Positions 48,603 through 53,901 of a stretch of DNA of 53,901 nt are shown in pieces. The stretch's first letter is position 1. Every line of letters begins with the position of its first letter. A program made the translations under genes and the position numbers. The DNA comes from a virus (lineage: Duplodnaviria; Caudoviricetes): the IMG/VR virus record IMGVR_UViG_3300020045_006418, positions 1-53,901 of that record. One strand, 5' to 3'. The notes under the pieces are model-generated. The model was not told the origin of the DNA and did no database searches. It saw only the letters and a program-made list of their open reading frames with translations.

Positions 48603-49342
48603 GATTAGAGCTGGAGAGAATGTCTCTTATCACAGCTCCATATAAATTTGCTGCAGTAACGGAACAGGATATTATCTTTTTGGAGAGAAATGCCCGTTAC
48701 ATGACCAAAGACCAGCAAGCCAAATTAACAAAGAACATTGAAACGGACGGGTTTTTATCTCAGTTACCACTTGGTATGAAGAGAGCAGAGGATGGTAAGT
48801 ATATTATCCTATCTGGAAACCACAGATGTAAATCAGCCATAAAGGCCGGACTTCCCTATATAATTATTCAATACATTGATGAGGTAGATAAGGAGAAAGC
48901 TCTGGCTTTACAGTTAAGCCACAATTCTATAGTAGGTCAGGACGATATGACGGTTTTAAAGAACCTGTACATGGAGATCGAATCGTTAGAGGCCAAAGAG
49001 TTTTCAGGAATCAACGAAAAAGAAATAATGCAGTATGATAGTTTGGATTTACCGGCAATAGCAGAAGGTGATTTTAAACTGCATACAATCTCATTTGTTT
49101 TCTCAGATCTGCAGAATGTAAAACTACAGCAGATGGAAGAAGCCCTACGAGTAATGGGAGAAGAAATGCACGAAGATCAGGTACAAAGGTTCATTGGATT
49201 ACCATACAGAAAATTCGTACAAATAATGTCTGACGTAAAAGACATTAAGGGAGTAAAGAATAACACGATTGGATTTGTAAAGATGTTGCAGATCTGTCAG
49301 GACTACATAGATAATTACAAAGAAGAACATAAAACGGAGTAA
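48569..49342 (+). CDS. ParB/Srx N-terminal domain protein
   Basis: NARYM, NIETDGFLSQLP, YIILSGNHR, LSHNSIVG. Confidence 0.85.
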   Translation: MVTEGKNIEEIRLELERMSLITAPYKFAAVTEQDIIFLERNARYMTKDQQAKLTKNIETDGFLSQLPLGMKRAEDGKYIILSGNHRCKSAIKAGLPYIIIQYIDEVDKEKALALQLSHNSIVGQDDMTVLKNLYMEIESLEAKEFSGINEKEIMQYDSLDLPAIAEGDFKLHTISFVFSDLQNVKLQQMEEALRVMGEEMHEDQVQRFIGLPYRKFVQIMSDVKDIKGVKNNTIGFVKMLQICQDYIDNYKEEHKTE

Positions 49343-49344
49343 TT

Positions 49345-49944
49345 ATGGCAAAAGATACCGAATTAGCCAGACAAAAAACATATTCTCAATCAGGAATGGT
49401 TAAGATTGCCAGAAAGATTTGTACAGAATATAAAACAGGTTTGTACTCGTTGGAGAGTTGTTGCGATAATGCCGGAGTACCTTATAGAACGTGGAAAGAA
49501 TGGTGGGCGAGATACAATGCAGACCCCACAAATGATAAGATAAAAGCGCATTGTCTTGCAGAAGTTGCAGATTTATGGAAGGAGTCACAGGAGAGCAGAG
49601 ACTTAATTGCCCGTGGAAACCTGAAAGAATTGTGCGAGACTAACATGGAGAGGCTGATAAAAGGCTGGGAGTACAAGGAGACAAAAACCGATGTTAAGAC
49701 GGTGAAGGATTCAGACGGTCAGGAGATCTTAGTACCAGTAGGCCAGACGATTACGACCAAGCAGGTGCTACCTAATGCAGGAATGATACAGTTTGCCTTA
49801 AAGTCGGTTGCTCCTCAATTGTATGGAGAGCGTTCTACAAACCTGAATGTGAATGTCGATGCAGGTGATGCGTTCAAAGGCAGAACGTTGGCGGAGATAG
49901 ATGCAGAAATTGAAGCACTCGAAAATGGCAGAGATAAACGATAG
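49345..49944 (+). CDS. terminase small subunit
   Basis: HTH-like N-terminus; GWEYKETKT..TTKQVLPNAGMIQFALK; directly upstream of TerL. Confidence 0.75.
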   Translation: MAKDTELARQKTYSQSGMVKIARKICTEYKTGLYSLESCCDNAGVPYRTWKEWWARYNADPTNDKIKAHCLAEVADLWKESQESRDLIARGNLKELCETNMERLIKGWEYKETKTDVKTVKDSDGQEILVPVGQTITTKQVLPNAGMIQFALKSVAPQLYGERSTNLNVNVDAGDAFKGRTLAEIDAEIEALENGRDKR

Positions 49945-51568
49945 ATTATATCAGTTAAAGCTGGAAAAGCTGGAGACTTTAAGATGGGAGCGGTACCGAG
50001 AGGATCCGCTCTTTTGGCTTGAACACAGGTTCGGTGAGGATCCGAAAGCGTTCCAGTGGGATCTATGGGGACCAGAATATGACAATCACGTGTGGGACGG
50101 AGACAAAAATCCTCTGGCAGAAGCTTGGAAGAAATTAGCACAAGGAGAGCATGTAGGCGTAGAGGCAGGAACCGGAACCGCGAAAACATTCTGGCTGTCC
50201 AGAGTGACGTTCTGGTTTGCTGATTGTTATCCGGATTCGCTGATCGTTACCTCAGCACCAAAGCAGGACCAGCTTAAACTACACTTGTGGGCAGAGATTA
50301 CAAAAGCATTCAGTAAGTTTAAAAAGATCAGGCCTAAAGCTGAATTGTATAAGCTACGTATGGTAGTGGAGGCGCAGGAGAGCGATACACAAAAGAAACA
50401 GAATGCGATTGATAACGTAGCCGATGCGGATGATTTAAGTACATCATGGCAGGCTGTAGGTTTCGTAGCCGGTACGGATGCAGGAGCAGAGTCAGCAACC
50501 AAAGCGCAGGGTTTCCACAGAAAGGATATGTTAATCATTCTGGAAGAGTGTGCAGGGATGCCGATGCCGATCATGACAGCATTCCAGAATACAAGTACCG
50601 GAGGAAACAACGTGATACTGGCAGTAGGGAATCCGGATAGTGAGCTGGATGTATTGCATCAGTTCTGTATGCAGGAGGATGTATTTGCTTTCCGTGTTTC
50701 GGCTATGGATTTCCCGAATGTGGTATTGAATGAGGAGGTGATCGCTGGAGCCGTTACGGTGAAGTCAATTGAGAGGAGACGTAAAAAGTATGGCGAGAAA
50801 TCCGGATTGTTTCAGTCACGTGTACATGGGAAGTCGCCTGCAGAGAGTACGGACTCGCTTATTAAGAGAAGCTGGATTGAGGAGGCTTTACTCAATGAGG
50901 TTGTATACGATGGAAGTTATAACGCGGTTGGAGTCGATGTGGCGAATTCCGAAACAGGGGATAAGGCTGCAACTGCATGGGGCAGGGGTAACGTACTGAC
51001 GGAAGTGTTTGAGTTTAAATGTCCTAATGCAACGCACCTCGCATACAATGTGATGTATGACGATAATGAATTATTTGAGAAAGGATATGAGAATTATAAG
51101 TTACCGACTGCAAAAAGCTATGATATGCTTTCGCAGTGTATTGGAGTAGATGCCGTTGGTGTAGGTGTTGCCACGGTTAATGCATTTGTTGATAATGGAT
51201 ATGAGTGTATAGCGCTGCAGGGAGGACAATTGAAAGAAGTTATACCTGTAGATCCACAGGGAGAGCCTATGTACACGTTCTCCGGATTAAGGTCACAGAT
51301 GTACTGGGAACTGAGAGAAGACCTTAGAAACGGCCATTTACAGTTCGATATAGATAATCCGGCATTGTGCCAGAGGATCATGGTAGAGCTGACAACACCG
51401 AGGTTTAAGGTATCGTCTGCTAATGTGCAGGTAGAAAAGAAGGAAGATATTAAAAAGAGGCTTGGTGGAAAGTCTCCGAATATAGCCGATGCAATTGTAT
51501 ACTGGAATTGGGCACGAAAAGGTCATTATGTGAGAGGTGGAATTGCGGCAGTGAGTGCAGGCCAATAA
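49925..51568 (+). CDS. terminase large subunit
   Basis: AGTGTAKT, LIILEE, VGNP, VGVDVA, GVDAVGVG, KSPNIADA. Confidence 0.9.
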   Translation: MAEINDRLYQLKLEKLETLRWERYREDPLFWLEHRFGEDPKAFQWDLWGPEYDNHVWDGDKNPLAEAWKKLAQGEHVGVEAGTGTAKTFWLSRVTFWFADCYPDSLIVTSAPKQDQLKLHLWAEITKAFSKFKKIRPKAELYKLRMVVEAQESDTQKKQNAIDNVADADDLSTSWQAVGFVAGTDAGAESATKAQGFHRKDMLIILEECAGMPMPIMTAFQNTSTGGNNVILAVGNPDSELDVLHQFCMQEDVFAFRVSAMDFPNVVLNEEVIAGAVTVKSIERRRKKYGEKSGLFQSRVHGKSPAESTDSLIKRSWIEEALLNEVVYDGSYNAVGVDVANSETGDKAATAWGRGNVLTEVFEFKCPNATHLAYNVMYDDNELFEKGYENYKLPTAKSYDMLSQCIGVDAVGVGVATVNAFVDNGYECIALQGGQLKEVIPVDPQGEPMYTFSGLRSQMYWELREDLRNGHLQFDIDNPALCQRIMVELTTPRFKVSSANVQVEKKEDIKKRLGGKSPNIADAIVYWNWARKGHYVRGGIAAVSAGQ

Positions 51569-51633
51569 GTTTTCCTGAATTTTAGGTCAAAGTATGCAGA
51601 AAAGTGTTATCTTTGACATAAAACTAGGAAATT

Positions 51634-51960
51634 ATGGCAATAAACACAGTGTGGGAGGTTACGGATTTAGAGACGAACACCCGAAAATTATGGAAGTCAA
51701 TGGACTTCCTTTTAGAGATGGTTGATAAAACCGGTAAACAAGTAGTAACTTCTAAGAACTTTAATGAGAGACTTAGAACGAAACCCGAAGATGTAAACTT
51801 TCTGATATTCAAAGGGAGATGGAAAGTGACTACTGAGTATATCTGGGGAGTAGTAGAAGGGCAGAGAAAGCTTCACCCTATAAGCGGAGCCAAAAGTCAG
51901 AAGGCTCATGAGAAGTTAAAGAAGTCAGGAGTGTTTAGTATGGGATCTACTTCGATTTAA
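51634..51960 (+). CDS. hypothetical protein
   Basis: 108 aa ORF preceded by TATCTTTG. Confidence 0.6.
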   Translation: MAINTVWEVTDLETNTRKLWKSMDFLLEMVDKTGKQVVTSKNFNERLRTKPEDVNFLIFKGRWKVTTEYIWGVVEGQRKLHPISGAKSQKAHEKLKKSGVFSMGSTSI

Positions 51961-51976
51961 TTAATGTAGTAAAACG

Positions 51977-52014
51977 AATGCCTGAGATAAATAGCACTAT
52001 CTCAGGCATTTTTT
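51977..52014 (+). terminator. rho-independent terminator
   Basis: AATGCCTGAGATA-aatagcac-TATCTCAGGCATT followed by a T-tract. Confidence 0.85.
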
Positions 52015-52020
52015 ATGCTT

Positions 52021-52093
52021 TTTTATTTGTTTATAACCAAAATATTTTGTAGTTTTACATAGTAATTAAAAGTTAACCTAATACCACGAGATT
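52021..52093 (+). promoter_or_regulatory. repeated promoter/operator/leader, copy 4
   Basis: TTTATTTGTTTATAACCAAAATATTTTGTAGTTTTACATAGTAAT...TAACCTAATACCAC. Confidence 0.8.
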
Positions 52094-52447
52094 ATGAAAA
52101 CTAAAGTAGATTTTTTAAACGGCTTACATGCATCTGCAAAATCAGAAAACTTTGAAAATAAAGTATTGAAATTGTTGCCGAATGGCGTAACACAGATTTA
52201 TCTAAATACCTGTACTATGGAATGGTTGGGTAGAGGATCATATAATTATAAGTTAGATCTGGAGATTAACGGAAGTGATGTTACTTTAAGAGAACGTACT
52301 ACGGATGCACCTAGTTATGATGCTTATCAGAGTATGGAGTACGGAAGTAGAGAGTATGGCAATTGGATAAAAAATACTGTATTGATGCTTTTAGAAAATA
52401 ATACAGATTTAGTGATTGAATTGATAACTGAAAATGTAGAGCTATGA
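52094..52447 (+). CDS. hypothetical protein
   Basis: 117 aa ORF behind the repeated promoter. Confidence 0.65.
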   Translation: MKTKVDFLNGLHASAKSENFENKVLKLLPNGVTQIYLNTCTMEWLGRGSYNYKLDLEINGSDVTLRERTTDAPSYDAYQSMEYGSREYGNWIKNTVLMLLENNTDLVIELITENVEL

Positions 52448-52818
52448 ACAAAGAGAATTTATTAAAGATGGCTAACCACATAGAGAAGGTGGAGCAAGCA
52501 CATTTTGATATGGTTTGTTACAGAACAAACGAGACTAAAAATTGTAATTCAGTGGCCTGCGTTGTAGGCCACTGTGTAGATTTAGTGCCTGAGGAATCTC
52601 TGCCTAGAGAATATAACGGAAACATAGCCTACGGTCCGTGGAGTGTAGATTTTACTGGTATTAGTGGGAATGCGTGGAATTGGTGTTTTGGATCATATTG
52701 GGCAGGGATAGATAACACTCCATTAGGAGCAGCCAAAAGAATAAGATACCTTGTAGAGAATGGACTTCCTGAGAATTGGGAGTATCAAATGGTAGGTAAA
52801 GCACCTTTAATCTATTAA
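52444..52818 (+). CDS. hypothetical protein
   Basis: 124 aa; FDM..CNSVACVVGH. Confidence 0.65.
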   Translation: MNKENLLKMANHIEKVEQAHFDMVCYRTNETKNCNSVACVVGHCVDLVPEESLPREYNGNIAYGPWSVDFTGISGNAWNWCFGSYWAGIDNTPLGAAKRIRYLVENGLPENWEYQMVGKAPLIY

Positions 52819-52820
52819 TT

Positions 52821-53021
52821 ATGAAACCAGAAACACAACAAAGGTTGGAGGCATTAGTGAAAATGTCCCCAACCTCAGTACTAAAGATGAAACTGGTAGA
52901 GCTAATGTCGGCAGATATTAGACTGGCTCCTCTTTTCATAGCCACACAGGAAGAACTGGAAACCAGAATAGGTGAGGCTGCAGTAGATGCAATATTGAAC
53001 GCTAACCGTAATTTGAACTAA
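52821..53021 (+). CDS. hypothetical protein
   Basis: 66 aa ORF in the operon. Confidence 0.5.
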   Translation: MKPETQQRLEALVKMSPTSVLKMKLVELMSADIRLAPLFIATQEELETRIGEAAVDAILNANRNLN

Positions 53022-53022
53022 G

Positions 53023-53274
53023 ATGAGGCAAAATTTTATAGGAAAGAAAACGGTTATTGAATACGTTAGAAATAAATCTAAAGACGACGGGGAATTTACT
53101 ATTATTAGAAATTCATTAAATGGAATACCAAACTATGTTTGTTCTTATACAGGGACTCAACTAGTAAGTGTAGAAGATATGCACAGAGTTTTGAATGATA
53201 GCTATCTTTTGAAAATGATGATAAAGATAAAAATTTACCATCTGGATGATATGGACTATAAAAAATTATTGTAA
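53023..53274 (+). CDS. hypothetical protein
   Basis: 83 aa ORF in the operon. Confidence 0.5.
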   Translation: MRQNFIGKKTVIEYVRNKSKDDGEFTIIRNSLNGIPNYVCSYTGTQLVSVEDMHRVLNDSYLLKMMIKIKIYHLDDMDYKKLL

Positions 53275-53901
53275 TGAGTAAACAGGATAACATAGTTTGT
53301 ACGTTCAGTGGAGGCAGAAGTTCTGCTTTCATGGCTATTTGGTTAAAGTTGAGATACCCATTAAAGAACATTATTTTCTTGTTTGCTAATACTGGAAAAG
53401 AGAAAGAAGAAACTTTAGTGTTTGTAGATAAGTGTGACAAATTTTGGAAATTGGGCATAGTTTGGTTAGAAGCAGTAGTCCATCCGGAAAAAGGAGTAGG
53501 AACCACTTATGTAGTTACGGATTTTGGTAATGCTTGTAGAGATGGTAGAATATTCGAAGACGTAATTAAAAAGTTTGGATTGCCGTCTAAACTCTATAGA
53601 CACTGTACTAGAGAGATGAAAGAGCGTACTATTAAAAAGTATGCAGACGATCATTTTGGTAAAAGCAACTGGATTAAAGCTTTGGGTATGAGAGCAGACG
53701 AGCCTCATAGAACAAAACCGATCAGGAGCTATAAATGTAATCATTGTGGAACTTGGCACCTGACTAGCACCTTCAATACGATGAGTGTTATTATCAGGGA
53801 CCAGTTAGATGAGATTGATAAACTCAATGCAGAGATAGCAACCCACAAAAAGAGAATAGGTCAATTGATCTCCCAAGCAAGTAGAGCAGTTTCCATCTTC
53901 C
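53274..53901 (+). CDS. PAPS-reductase-family (PP-loop) protein, runs off the window (absent from the ORF track)
   Basis: MSKQDNIVCTFSGGRSS..FANTGKE..HCTREMK..LGMRADE; frame open to the window end. Confidence 0.75.
   Translation, partial: MSKQDNIVCTFSGGRSSAFMAIWLKLRYPLKNIIFLFANTGKEKEETLVFVDKCDKFWKLGIVWLEAVVHPEKGVGTTYVVTDFGNACRDGRIFEDVIKKFGLPSKLYRHCTREMKERTIKKYADDHFGKSNWIKALGMRADEPHRTKPIRSYKCNHCGTWHLTSTFNTMSVIIRDQLDEIDKLNAEIATHKKRIGQLISQASRAVSIF

Noticed and set aside
41836-52093. CRISPR array or attachment sites from the repeated blocks
   Set aside because: The copies are kilobases apart, sit before start codons and contain promoter boxes; no integrase or cas gene is visible
492-53759. Minus-strand ORFs and short nested alternative-frame ORFs in the track
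   Set aside because: They lie within convincing plus-strand genes and show no motifs, so they are shadow ORFs
1-53901. Stop-codon reassignment
   Set aside because: The standard code already gives dense, full-length genes, and TAG, TGA and TAA all end genes at sensible coupled positions

Overview
This window is about 54 kb of an AT-rich tailed dsDNA phage (myovirus morphotype), and essentially all genes are on the + strand. The host is very probably Bacteroidota (Flavobacteriia-like), because TTTG-N19-21-TAnnTTT(G/A) promoters recur and start codons lack Shine-Dalgarno motifs. Gene order: head genes, neck, contractile tail and baseplate, tail fibre/receptor-binding genes with an embedded holin-endolysin pair, an AT-rich palindromic gap, then replication/recombination genes (helicases, primase, UDG-PolA fusion, SSB, NinB-like, SbcD/SbcC, resolvase). 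These are followed by cassettes behind near-identical promoters, a putative DNA-modification/ParB/terminase operon, and more small genes. Most notable observations: (1) an ORF-free, hairpin-rich ~350-nt element with a tRNA-like 3' end between sbcD and sbcC; (2) a Dam-fold/Mom-like GNAT fusion with a structured leader, directly upstream of ParB and terminase; (3) strong enrichment of CCGGA/TCCGG in the core genes counted; (4) a circularly permuted SGNH esterase in a tail protein; (5) a palindromic operator over many promoters; (6) a -1 frameshift in the tail chaperone. All family assignments come from motif recognition by eye; no searches were run.
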